This document shows, piece by piece, positions 11,481-24,119 of a stretch of DNA of 64,000 bases. The DNA lies in assembly GCA_013239625.1 (NCBI GenBank), contig MU054448.1, forward strand, positions 2,698,566-2,762,565. Direction: 5' to 3'. A program made the position numbers and the translations under genes. The stretch's first letter is position 1, and each line of letters opens with the position of its first letter. Below the pieces are notes generated by a model. It was given only the letters and a program-made list of their open reading frames with translations. It did no database searches and was not told the origin of the DNA. The stretch comes from Lama guanicoe (lineage: Eukaryota).

Positions 11481-12519
11481 AAGAGTTATTCCTAGAATCC
11501 TATAGCAACCCTCCTACCTAACGGTGATACACTTAAATTATTCCACTTGCAGGTTTTTAGCTTTAATTTTCAATTCCAAATATATGTCTTCATGCTATAT
11601 TGACACACATCTATAAAGCCACTTTGAGTGGCTGTACAGTACTTCACTGTATGCATGACCATATTCTAACTTATCTAATCAGCCCTCTTTGATGGGGATT
11701 GGTTGTTTCTAATCTATAATCTACAAGGCGTGCTTCACTGAACACCACAGCTGAAATTTCCCACACCCCTAACTCTGATTGGGTATTATCAACATCTCTA
11801 ATGTTGACTAAATTAATGATTGAAAAGTAAATCTTGTGGGCTTAAAATTTTCTCTTTTAAAAGCACTAGTGAAGCAAAAGATGGTCCTGTGTTCGTTCAT
11901 TCCACAAAGAGTGCCTACAGTCCACTGGAGCTGTTCCACGCACTTGGCACGTCCGCATCACTGAACCAGGCAAAACTCTCTACCCTCTTCTATCCCATGT
12001 GTTTCTTCTCTTGTGAGCTACTCACTATCTACTGAGCTGCTCATCTTGTTCCTATGGATTTTTAGAAACTATTTGTGCATGAGGATTTTTAAGTATTTAA
12101 TTCAATTACTATTTAACTATTGTCATAATTATAAACAGCTTGTTTATATTTTAGCTATTATTATTCTTTGTCAGCAGTTCAGGAAAGTATTGACTTACTG
12201 CTACCGTGTATTTTCCACCTATTTATCCAAGGATTATAGAAATAGTCATCCACAGTTTCCTGTAATATTTTTATAATTGTTAAGCTTTTAACCTAAAAAC
12301 ATAGCAAATAATATACAAAACAGATTCACTCACTGGCTGGGCCTGACCTGAGAATCCCATGCACCGTGAAAAATGCAGGGTCAACTGTCTGTAATGAAGA
12401 GCACTTGTACCTGGTAAGGGGTAGGTATGTTTTAATCCTGCACCAGACTTGCCCTGCATTACAGCAGAGCGACGTCAGCAGAACTGCATCAAATCACCTA
12501 AGTCAAACGTTCTTGGAAG

Positions 12520-12990
12520 CAGAGTTACTGCCTTGAAAATAAGGTCTAAAACCCCTACCAGACTCACTGGCCCTGCCCCACCTGCACTGCAGCTGACCAT
12601 GACACGTCCTCTCCCCTGTCGCCCATGACGTGCATCATTCTTCCTGCGTGAACTGGGTTTCCTCCCCACACACTCACTTGGCTGACTGCTGTTCATCTGC
12701 CAGATCTCAGCTTCAAAGCTGCCTCCTCCAGGAGAAGCCGGCAGTCAGGTCATAAATATTTATTGGGCCACCTACTAAAAGCCAGACCTTCTTTGACCAC
12801 CCTCTTCTCCCCACTTCCCAGCCAGGGCTGGTGAGGTGCCACTCCTACATGTGGCCACATGGCACCCATCACACTAAACTACAATGACCTCGTTCCTTGA
12901 CTATAACAACTATAGGTAGTGAGCAGCCTTGTGTTGTTCACTAGGGTGTCCCCAGCCACTGACGTGTAAATCAAAGTGCATATGGATGGA
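12520..12990 (+). mobile_element. L2 3' fragment
   Basis: cagatctcagcttcaaagctgcctcctccaggagaagcc...ccttgtgttgttcactagggtgtccccagc. Confidence 0.6.
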
Positions 12991-13099
12991 ACAGTAAACC
13001 AGTGAGAACCAGGAGGAAAGTATGAGACAATTTCATTTCCTGCAAGTGAACAGGGCAAGAGAAATCATGCCCATCTTCAGAGACCTATGCTGTGGGTGC

Positions 13100-13420
13100 C
13101 TCTGAAAGGCTCTGGCTTTGAAGCCAGAAGAACTTGTCTCAGTTTGTGGCACCACTGGGTTCCACGTCTGTAACCTTGGATGGAAAAGCTTTCTCAACTC
13201 TGGTTTGCTTATGTATTAACTGGCACAAGACCTATACTCCCCAGATCTCAGGGTAACATTTCCTGAGCTCTTACTATGTATGCTATACATTGAGATTATT
13301 TCATTAACGATATTGCCTAGTTTAATCTTCACACCTTGTGATGGAGATACTGTCATCTTCATCAATCAGTAGGAGAATCTAAGGCCATCAAGCCCAGATG
13401 AGGAAACTGGAGAGGGCACT
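13100..13420. mobile_element. MIR fragments in both orientations
   Basis: ggctctggctttgaagccaga...tgtaaccttgg; tttaatcttcacacc...cagatgaggaaactg. Confidence 0.55.
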
Positions 13421-16400
13421 TAGGGCACTTAGGGCAGCAAGGGTTCTGGGGCTATGCAGTGAGTCTGAATCGCAGACAGGCTGTGTAAGAGAACCAAGTT
13501 CACAGAGCTTGGAAATAGCAGGCCTGTGATTCTGACTCAGGACCATCACTTCATCACTGAGAACATCACTTAGCCACGTTCCACGGCTTTACTCAAGTTG
13601 GGACAAGGGAGATACAAGTGGACAGGCTCTGTAAACTGTCAAGCCAGGGCAAACACCAGTGATGCAGGGCAACTCCTCTGTGGGACAAAGAAGGCAGCAG
13701 CGGTATCTGGGTGTTTGTCCCCAGGGGGATTGTGTGCCTCGGCTTTCAGACTGGATCCAAGTTCAATGTGTCTGGCCCAAGGTTATTTTTGATTCAAGGC
13801 CACTGTGTCCTGGTTTCTATCAACACTGAGATAAACACCACGTTGCAATCTGCACCTTTTATTAATGGTGTGACTCACTTAACGAGGGCTTTGCTGACTC
13901 GCATCAATCTTCCTTCTCAAAGAGGCCCATCAAGGAGTTGTAGACAGCTGCCAGCCTGGATCTACTCTGCGTCAGCATTTGGCAAAGTCCAGCCACCCTG
14001 CAAGCTCCATCTTTTCCAGAAGAGGGGAGGCAGCAAAACGTCCAGAACCACGGGCAGCCCAGAAACAGACACAAGTGGTAAAGGCTACTTTACTGGCTTT
14101 CTCTAAACATTGTTTTTTGTTTTTTTTAGTTTTTTTTAGTTTCAGGCAAACAGCGATGGATGGTTGGCTCTTAAAACCTAATTGTAATACAGTGTCTAAA
14201 TGGGCAAAGGTACTAATCAAGCTGTGAAAGGAAAGGCTGGAATAAGGAGAGTTAAATGAGACATGGGGATTTTTCATTGAAAAGTTTCTCTAATTTCGCT
14301 TCCCAGGCTGACTCATAAAGAAAAAAAAATTCTGTTTTGATGACAATACAGGATCTAGAGTAGTTCACGTTACAGGATGGTGGCCACGTGAAGACGACGG
14401 CTTGGTGTTCCCAGAGTTCGGAGCAGAATCTGCAGCTCCGTCTCCACACAATCACACGCTGGCCACTTTAAATCCCGTTCCCCACTCCACTAGCTCTTAG
14501 TTTGGTTATTGCCACTGTCCACACTGAGTTCTTGGACAGCAGTTCAGACTAAACCCAAATTAGTCTTGGTTTCCTTTCAGAATAACCCAGGATCCTTGTT
14601 TTACATGGAAGGCGGCTCGCCATGCCTTCCCCTCCCTGCCTTCCCTAGAGGAGCAGGTTCAGAGTGGGAGCTTCCAATAGCGATCCCATCGGAGGACCAG
14701 CCTGCTTTCCCTTCTCACCATTGCCACCTCGACTGAACTGAGGCAGGAGACTTAAAAGTAGGGAAGAAGTCTTTCCAAGCATCACAATCAGGGGAGGGTG
14801 CTGCTTACGGTGAGAATATAAACTAGATGTCATGTGAAGGTAAATTAAGGTAAGGACAGCCTGGGTGGAACTGTAGCACAAGTTCCATCTTGGCCTCATG
14901 AGAAACATGTAGGGGAAAGCCTTGTTGCCCCCGATCATTTCTGTTGTGTCTGGGTGGGGGAGGCTGGAAGTGACGGGATGCTGAGGGGCTCAAAGGGAAT
15001 GCTTCCTTTTGAGGCTCCTCTGTGAGTGAACTTGCAGGGCTTCTGTACAGCTCGGGGCGGGGGGGCAGTGGGTTCCACAAAGCAGCCGTATCATCCCCCC
15101 GACCTCCTGCATGATGCGTGGTTGAATCTGAGAAAAGTCACGTGGAATTCAGAGGTAGCCCTGCTAGAACACCTGGGCATGACGCCTGAAGCCAGCAAAG
15201 GCAACGAAGGCAGGTTAGAACGATTCCTTATCACATTAGGCAGTGGCCACCACTCACACAGCAGCTGGCCAGGGACAGAGAAGAAACGCTGCAGACAAGA
15301 AGTTACCCTGCCAGGATTGCGGTGTTGGAAGCATGACCAGCCCTAGTCTGGCTGTTCAGCTTCTGAACTGGTAATCAACCACCAGGTTAAGATTGGAGAG
15401 GAAGACGCTATGAAAAGGAAGGGAATGAACACAAGGCCTGGACGTTATTCAAACAGAGTGAGAATGAGAGAAAAGGCACACTGCACTCCAGAGGTGGAGG
15501 AAGGATTAGGGGAAATGGTAGGAAACATTCGGAATGCTGGTGTATGTTGGCCGCCTCCTACTTTTCTCAGCAACATCCCACAAGAGAGAAACGAACTTCA
15601 GCCCACAACTAGCCAGGCTGCAAGCCAGATGGAAGGGAATACAGCTTTCCTAGGACAAACATTTTTTGCCTGTGGTCTTCATTCTAAGTTGACTAGTTTG
15701 GTAACATAGAGCCTTGCTGCAGGGCTGGAAAGGAAAAAAAAAACCCAACATAATTTCTCCTAAACCTCAAACTGAAGTTTTAAGTAGTGCTTTAACGCCC
15801 TGGACTTAGCAAGAGTTAAAACTCTGGCCCCAAGTCCTTTTTGAAACATCTTCCACTAAGGGTTCTCTACCAGATAACATGTCCCAGCCTGGTGGGAATG
15901 GTCAGGTTAGCCAAAATTATCACCGAAGCTTGTGGCTTCCAACAACTCCAAGGTCACCATTATTAACTTGAGAGAACAGTTGGGCACAGCACAGAGGCGA
16001 GAAGGTAAAAGACTTGGCTTAAACTGATAGGCACAAGATATTTGGCAGTAGTTACTTGTATATGAAACCAAGGGGAAGTGATATACAGGAAACCTACTTA
16101 AAATACGGAGGAAATTATATCTGAAAAAACCACTAGCTTGGCAACAAAAGCCAGTAATCATCCAACTTCCCAGCAACTCCCAGGCCCTCAAAACTGCACC
16201 AGCAGGAAGAGCTAATCAGCTGCGCAGTCCCCAAGAAGAGTGACCTGTCCAAAGCCCACGTCAGGCGCGACTACAGAGGACGATGGGCAAGCTGCAGAGG
16301 GCGAGGCTGTGAGACGGGCACCAACAACCCAGCCCACTGCCAGGAGGTGGGCCTGCTGCTCCTGCTCCGTGACCTGGGTCCCATCGTAGATCCAGAGAGG

Positions 16401-16779
16401 GGCAGGGAGAGAACTGGAAACACAGCCATCCCGGGTCCTAACTACTGCCTATTTCCAGTTCTCCTCTTATTTTTTCCTTTAAAACTACATTTTCATTTTG
16501 GTTTTCGTAATTCCTCTTCACTGATGTAGATAAGGTACAGGAATAAGAAAACTCACGTCTTAGTTTATAAATTACTGATCCATGAGACGCCATACCAGAG
16601 CTGATGGGAAAGACTCCACCTCACCTGGGAATCATGGAGCTCGGGTTGCCCTACCTGGGTAGGACCTGAGACTGTCCCCCTGTGGGAGAGGATGATGCCA
16701 TGTTGTGGGGGGGGGGAGATAGTACATGAATATTCAGGGGGTTGAAAAGGCAGACAGGCAGAAACAGCTAGACCCCAAT

Positions 16780-17190
16780 ATTTATTCTCTTCTCTCAGAA
16801 TACATTTAGCCAAACACATAGCTGCCTGTAGTGAAGATTATACTTCACAGCCTTCCTTGCGTTGTGACCATGTAATTAAATTCTGGCCAGTGGGACGAGA
16901 GCTAACGTGGTAGATACAGATTCTGCGATGTTTCCTTAAAGGAAGGGCACATGCTCTTCTTTGGGCTTTGCTCTTTCAAGGAGGATGGAATGAAGACATG
17001 ATGGGTGGAGCTGGAACTGCCATTTCATTTCTTGGGAACTAAGGCAAAGACAAGAGAGGCGGAGCTGAAGTTCCCGATGACTTTGTGAAACAATGCTCAC
17101 AGCAGCTCTAGATTACTTAGCTCTACACACGAAACAAAAAATGAACTCCAAACTTATAAAAGTCACTATTTTTTTCTGGTTCTTTCAAAC
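16780..17190 (+). mobile_element. Old ERVL/MaLR LTR (LTR33/LTR16C/MLT1J-like)
   Basis: cagccttccttgc...tgtgaccatgtaattaaattctggccagtggga...ggaatgaagacatgatgggtggagct...gccatt. Confidence 0.6.
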
Positions 17191-17455
17191 TTAATATAAC
17201 TATAATATGTGTATATCACCTAAAAGTACTCAAAGCAATTTTCAATCAACTAGTAGACAAATCAAAATAAAGAGGTCACATGCAAGAAAGTATTTATAAA
17301 AGAATTGACAGTAAGCACTAAAACTATTAGAGCAGAAACGAAACTTTAAATAATACCAAATATAAGGCAGTTCAAGTACTGTAAAAGTATTAAGTAAGAA
17401 GTTTCATGATGCAAAGTAATGACAATAATTTGAAAACGTAAGGTATAGAATACTC

Positions 17456-17585
17456 TTTTCTTTTTTTTATGGGGGTGGGTTAGGTTTATTTATTTATTTG
17501 TATTTGGAGGAGGTACTGAGGATTGAACCCAGGACCTCGTGCACGCCAAGCATGTGCTCTACCACTTGTGCTGTACCCTCCCTCC
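17456..17585 (-). mobile_element. Camelid tRNA-derived SINE (Vic-1 type)
   Basis: Minus strand: ggagggtacagcacaagtggtagagcacatgcttggcgtgcacgaggtcctgggttcaatcctcagtacctcc...aaataaataaacctaa...A tail; Pol III A and B boxes visible. Confidence 0.9.
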
Positions 17586-17599
17586 TAAGGTGAATGTTA

Positions 17600-17815
17600 G
17601 ATCTTACTTATCCTTACAAATGAAGACTTACACGTGCCAAACACTGTTCCAAATACTTTATATGCATTATCTCACTGAATTTCCACAATAACCCTATGAT
17701 ACTAATCCTATGTCCACCTCAGAGACGGGGCAACATAGGCATAGAGAAGGTCAGCCCTTTGACCACTGCCATCCTCTCACCTGCCAACCCAAACCTAGGA
17801 GGTGGCAGAGCAGAG
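17600..17815 (-). mobile_element. MIR
   Basis: cgtgccaaacactgttccaaatactttatatgcattatctcactgaatttccacaataaccctatga. Confidence 0.7.
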
Positions 17816-18204
17816 CAGGACATCAAAGAGTGCTGATTTCTTCATTTTGCATAAAGAGGGCTCACAAGTATCTTGCTCTTGTTTTTGACAATTATACTAT
17901 CAATGACAATCAAGCAAAAGAGAAGGTATCCCTTCTAAGTCAGTAGAGGAAAAGGTATTCATAAAAATGAATTCTAGCCCATACAACAAAAAAAGAAAAA
18001 AATGTGAAAGTAAAGGAATATAAATGCTTGAAGTACTCTATCGAAACAAAATCCTGCAAGTGGAGGCGAAATATAAAATATAGAAGTGAAATCAACAATT
18101 GCAAAGTGAGGACCAGTAACTAACCCAAACACTTAATATATGTTAAAAGAGATATTTTAAGTCAACTTTTTAAAATTACATGATGTAATTCACCAGGTGG
18201 CAGC

Positions 18205-19120
18205 TTATCACTGGAACAACTATCACCCTATATGAAAATCAAGTCTAAATGAATTAAAAGTGAAAATACTTAAAAAGCAACTTAAAAAATCAGGAAAATA
18301 GTTTTATATAATTTACAACAAGGATGATATTTATATATACTTGATAACAAAGCAAAAATATAAATAAAGAGATACACATTACAAGGTGACCACTTAAATA
18401 CATATATGTCACAACACACCATAAACAAACGAGATGAAACTAAGAAAAAATATGCAATGTTTATGGCAGGGAAAAAATTAAATTCATAATATATAAAAAG
18501 CTCTAAAATGTAAATAACAGATAAACAGTTATTTAAAATAAAAAGAGAAAAAAATGAACAATTTACCAAAGAAGAAATACACATGGTCAATAAATATATT
18601 TGAAAATATGATATTGCTCAAATATCTAATAGTAATTTTGACTGATGATCATTAAAAAATAAATACATTTCCCAATGTCCACAAGGATGTGGGAAACATG
18701 TTTCTATGTAGTATTTCTGGGGGAAAAATTGGTTCAACTTTTGGCAATATGTATCAAACCTTTAAAAATGTTCACCAATTTTTACCCAGAAGTTTTGCTT
18801 CTAATAATTTATATTTTTGAAATACTTGGACTAAGGATTTAGGTATAAGAATATTCACACAGTACTTGTTAGTACAGGAAAAGATGGAAACCACTGAAAA
18901 TTTTGAAACGAATATGTATAATTAAAAACCATAATGTCGCTGGAAAATGTTTTAAAATAGTGAGAAAACATTACATATGTATGTGTGTGTGTCTGTAAGA
19001 ATGGAAATGTATCTATATTCTTTTTTCCCACTTAATTGCAGTGATCATCTGTGTGTGGTGAAACTAAGGGCAACCGGTTTTCCTTTGTGCTTTTCTGTAT
19101 ATTTTAATTCTTCTGCACTC
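18205..19120 (+). mobile_element. Ancient L1 (L1ME-like) ORF2 end and 3' UTR remnant
   Basis: aatgaacaatttaccaaagaagaaatacacatggtcaataaa...caaggatgtgggaaac...ttttggcaatatgtatcaaa. Confidence 0.65.
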
Positions 19121-21924
19121 ATTATTTTCATAATAGGAATACACGTTGTGTTAACTATTAAATTAATAAGGATTTTAAATGTTCTTTAAGATTTTATCCA
19201 GCTCTTAAAATCAAGATAAAGGTTTTCGATAGTTCCAAAATGAATTGCTTATCTTGATCACCTAAACCTTTCCCTTCTTTAATATTTCTTATTTTGGCAC
19301 CAACAAGCCAAAAAGCTGAGAAATGCCCTGAACTGCACTCCGGCCCTTGCACCTCCAAGTCTCCTAAGACATATATGCAGTCCGTTTACCGTCTTTCAAA
19401 TCTGACATCCTTCTGTCCATCCCTCATTACATAATAAACTGACTTTTGGTTGGAAGGAAACCTTATGTGGTGCCGTCTCTCCCCGGGACTCCTTAGACGG
19501 TGCCTTCTCGCTCACGCGCGGGAGGTGCCTGTGCGGGCGCCTGGCATCTGGCCTCCCACTCCCAGCTGTGTCACAGTAGTCAGTCGAACCACAGAGCCAC
19601 GGAATTTCAGAACTCACAGGAACATGAAGGTTACCTTGCCCTGCCCCTAAACTTTACAGAGAGAAGAAACTGAAGGGCAGAGCTGTAAAGTGACTGCCCA
19701 GCATCACGGAGCTGTGTCACGCGAGGCAGTGACTAGACCCCGGGTCTCCCAGGCACAGTCCTTACCACCTCCGACCTCAAACATTCATTCGAAATGGCTG
19801 TTCTTTGTTGACGCTGGGCCTCCTCTTCTGCCCCTTCTGTAGTTCTAGCAGTGAAGGGGCTTGCAGAATCAGAGTGCTGGCAGGGACTTGGGGTGCGAAT
19901 GCTGGCTTTCAGCTCAACTTGTGATGTGGCTGTAGCTGAGCCATGAAGCAGTTTGGTCTTGGCTTCCCCTTGCTTTTAATTCAACTTTGCAAAGTTAAAG
20001 GAATCAAGTATAACAGAAGCTTCCTTTGATTTAAGGCTGCCAGGGGAGAGCCCTGAGTTAGATCCGAGTTGTTTATTTAAATCAATGAATGGTACTTTGG
20101 CAGAATAGCTAATAAACAACCCTCCACAAGGTCAGGCCAGGCTCCCTGGGACCCAAGGTGTTGGGTCTGAAATGCAGCCGCAGAGACCAAGGTTCATGCT
20201 GGCCTCACAGAGGTCTCCAGTGGTCTAGGGTCCCCCTGGGGCCTCAGGTTTGGAACACCTTCTGAGAAGCCAGGCCAGAGGGTGCTGGCAGCAAGAGGAG
20301 CTGTATTTTACCCACCCTAGATGGAGGGACGGCCAAGGGATGCTGCCCTGGGGGAAGCCAGCACCCACCCCAGCCCCGAGTCACGCAGGCTGCTATGCCG
20401 AGACCACAGATCTCCTCTAAGGCTGCCCCATCCGCCAAGGAATCCAACCAAAACATAGTGAGACTTCACAGTCCAGCTAACACCCACGTTTGAATTTTTT
20501 AAACCTTTACACTTGATTTACAATTACGTTCACATACTGATGTACTTGTGGGCAAGCTGACCCTAGAATGACTCCCCGCCCCATCAGCGGTTTTCTCCGT
20601 GAAGCCTCTCTTCCCGCTGCCCCTTTCGTGTAGAACCACCTTTCTTCTCCTCCTTTCCTCCCTCACTTCAAGATCGAGTTCAGAAGCTGCCTCCTTCACG
20701 TTTTCTTCCCTTAACAACTCAGGATAGAGTGAACGTCCTCTCTCCCATCCCCCCGGAGGACCTGGGTGGACACATGGAGGCCACTGCCATGTGTTTCCTA
20801 ATCTCGTGCAGCTATGGGGACCTTTTTACCTCCCTGCATGCTTTGCCCGTAATAAATGTCCAACAGAAAGACTGAGACACGGAGAGTGCGAGCACAGTGG
20901 TGGAGAGCGGGTCTCACCCCGGAGAAAACGAGGGAGGACCAGAGGTGGGCTCATTCAGGCACCATTAGCCTCCATCTCCACTCACAACGAGCTGTGGGTG
21001 TTACTTGGTTTTGGTTTTGGTGAGACAGGTGCACCTCGGGGCTTGGCTCCACTTCTCTTGTCTTTTACCACGAGGTGGGAAGCCCTGGCTGATGTTAACA
21101 ATTGCTCATGTCTTTCCCTCATGGTCTTATTACTAAAGCAGTTTTACTAACAGGCTGTTTACAGTCATTTCCCTTTCACAGCTGGCCCCAGAGTAAAGTG
21201 AAAACAAAAAATGATACCCAGGGGTTTATCCATTCTTCTCCCTTATAAACTGTTGGTGCCTCTCAGCAGCAGAGGTCCACAATCCCCAATTTATAACTCC
21301 TCTCAGTAGGACTGGTCTGCCCAGATTGACTCACAGATGGAACGAGCTCAGATCCCTCCAGCAGAGCCGGGCACGTCGTGCTGAGTCTGGCAGCATCACT
21401 GTTGGCTGTGTGACATGGTTGGGGGGCTGTGGCTCGTGGCGCACCAGAGCCGTCCAGGGAGGAACAGGAACACCGACCCGAAGCGGCTTTATGGGGATTC
21501 CAAAGAGCGGGGGGATTCTGTTCACCCTGCACATATTTCCTTGCATTTCTTTTTTGTTTTTCCAAGCAAAGCCCTCTAGCATGATATTCAGTGTACAGGA
21601 AGTAGGGGACAGCCTGCCAGCAGCATCTAAAATTCCAAGTTGGAGTAAAGAAAGTAAAGGGGCAGAGGCACAAACTGGAAAGGGAAAATGAGGCAGAAAG
21701 CCAAGACAGCAAGTCTGGTTCAATCTTGATCAAAAGGGGAGGAAGGTCACAGATGAAGCTCACTCATCAGGGTGGTATGTGGGATGAACTGCCCAGACAA
21801 GTCATTATGTCAGTGACAGTGTGTGACAGGGAGGAGTTTGTGCAAGGGGGTTTGTCACCCTTCACAGGTGTGCTTTGCTAAATAATACGAGACCCCACTT
21901 GGGATTTGCTTTAATGATACGTGT

Positions 21925-22680
21925 TTTTCATTCATTTAGTTTTTCACGCACTTATTCATTCATTCATTCATTCAAAATAAGCATCAGCTATAAGCTGGGA
22001 AAACAATAAAACAGTCACAGCGCTTTCAACCTAGTGATAGACATGGGTTTAAATAGATTTTTCCTCTAGTTAGCGGTATAGTAGGGACATCAACCCTGGA
22101 CTCAGTCTGCATAGTCCAGGTAAGAAGGACGGCTCTGTGGAGCCTTGACTCTGAGACCTACAGGATGAAAAGATGGAGCCAGACAGAGAGGAAAATAGAG
22201 AAACAAATATTAAGTGGAGAAAGGAAGACACTCAAAATCCTAAGAGTAAAAGAAGCTTATTGAGTCTGAGAAACAAGGAAAAGGCGAGTACAATCAGAAG
22301 CAAAGGGAAAAGTGGCTTAGGATGAGCCTGTGGGACTGGCCAGGGGATAGATCATTCCGTGTCCTGCAGCTCATGTTGAGGATAATGAATGTCATCATGA
22401 GGGTGTTGGGAAGCTACTGGAAAGTTTTAAGGGATGGCATGCTGTGACCAGACAAGCATACTGTGACTACTGCTCCATCTGACCTATGGGAGAAAGGCCA
22501 TAGGAGGTTAGTATGTCGGTCTAAGTCACGACAATGGCGGTTCATTCTAGGATGCTAGATTAGGCTAAGACGACAGTGGTAGAGTTGGAGAGAGTGGACG
22601 CTCAAGAATATTTGGGGAGTAGGGCTGACAAGACTTGCCAGTGGAGGGGATGTGCAGTGGGCTCCCGGCGTGACCGACAT
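21925..22680 (-). mobile_element. L2 3' fragment
   Basis: (ttca)n tail, then ttgggaagctactggaaagttttaag...gagagagtggacgctcaagaatatttggggagtagggctgacaagacttg. Confidence 0.7.
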
Positions 22681-24119
22681 CACAGGCAGTGAGGCTTCTG
22701 CTTTCTCCCATCAAGCCCTCCCTGTTCCCCCCAATCAGGGGGGCTGAAGGAAGGCCGCAGGCTTCTCTCCCTCCAGTTTCACCTGTAGGTGGCGCATCCA
22801 TCTCTACCATCTGCTTATAATCCCTGCCTCCCCACGTGCCAGCTGGGGTCTCCGGCAAGACACTGAGCTCCCATGAGCTTCAGAGTCCTCAGCCGTAAAA
22901 TGGGGGAGTTGAGAGAGTTACTGGAGATCTTATCTAAAGAGTTCCTGGAGCAAAGAAGGAACCCAATAAATGGGTGTTCGTTTCCTCCCTCCTTTTCTTA
23001 GCTCTGCCCTCTGAAATCCTAAATTCCGGGCTTCCCTTTTCCAATCGTAACCCTCTGTCCCGCCCCTCTCTCACTCCCCCCTCACACAGATGTGCTTCTC
23101 CACCTCCAGTTACTTCCACTTCCAATTAATGTTCAGACAAATATTCATGTATTGCCTCTATCCATTTAGCGAATGCTAGCTAATGCCTCCAAGTTGTGCC
23201 CAACTTCCAATGCCCAGTTTTGATCTTGTGGTTATTTACGACCTGCGTTTATGGCGACCTCTTGTTCCCTGGTGAGAGAAGCACTAAAGTGGCTGAACTT
23301 GAGGACAGAGGTGCAGTGCCTGGGAAGTAAAGAGATGCTGCAGGTCAAAGGCAGGGCAGACAGGGACACTGTCTGGGGTTGGAGCCAATTCAGAAGCAAA
23401 AAACCAGAGCCAGGCAAGCTGTTGGGTGAGAGGAGGCAGACCCAGCTGACAGAGATAAGGAGTTCTGAAACAAAAGCAAAGACCTGCCTCAGACAGGAAA
23501 CCTCTCATTCCCTTCCTCTGTCACTGCTGTGGCTGGATCCAGATCTCCTAACCTGCTGGCTGCAGCGACCACATTAACAGACCAGACGGCAGGTTTTATG
23601 CAGTCATGCAGTCTGGCTTCTAATAGAGATATCAGACCTGCCCTTGGGTGCCTCTGAGAGTCCCTTCTCAACATTTAAAATACCTTTAAATTACGGAGGA
23701 AGCTGAAACTAGTTCATCTCTGAGAGTCCTTCTAGTTCTAGGACTTTTTGTGTTCGATGGAATGATCTTAGTTTTATTTAGTTTTTGGCTTCTTCACTGA
23801 GTATACAGTAAAGTGAAATCAAACAGCAAAGGGGATCCATGCCAAAAGCCCCACTTGCCTTCCTCAAAGGCAATCACTGAAACAAGTTTTGTGGTTATGT
23901 GTATATAAATTTTTCCATAAACATTCCAATGTGAAAAACCATTTACAAGAGTACCTGGGCACCTTTTCTCACCACTCGCCTGTCTTTCAGTCACGAAGCC
24001 CCAACTCTCCCCCACCCTCATTTACACAATCAGTCCCCTTATTTTGTGCCCTCATTATGCTCAGCACAGGCTCTACCACTGTGTCTACATTTTCTAACTA
24101 ACTCACTCCTCCTTTTAAA

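Noticed and set aside
17456-17585. Possible tRNA-Ala gene (also 41890-42001 and 42155-42265)
   Set aside because: tRNA-like head is followed by a SINE body and A-rich tail, two copies have TSDs, and the stems are degenerate: SINEs, not tRNA genes.
19480-19560. CpG island or promoter (also 16250-16340, 30090-30140 and 36480-36700)
   Set aside because: The CpG-richer patches are too short or too sparse to call islands.
21263-21763. Overlapping ORFs of 121-166 aa on both strands
   Set aside because: No recognisable domain, mostly non-ATG starts and no convincing splice boundaries; consistent with chance ORFs in moderately GC-rich DNA.
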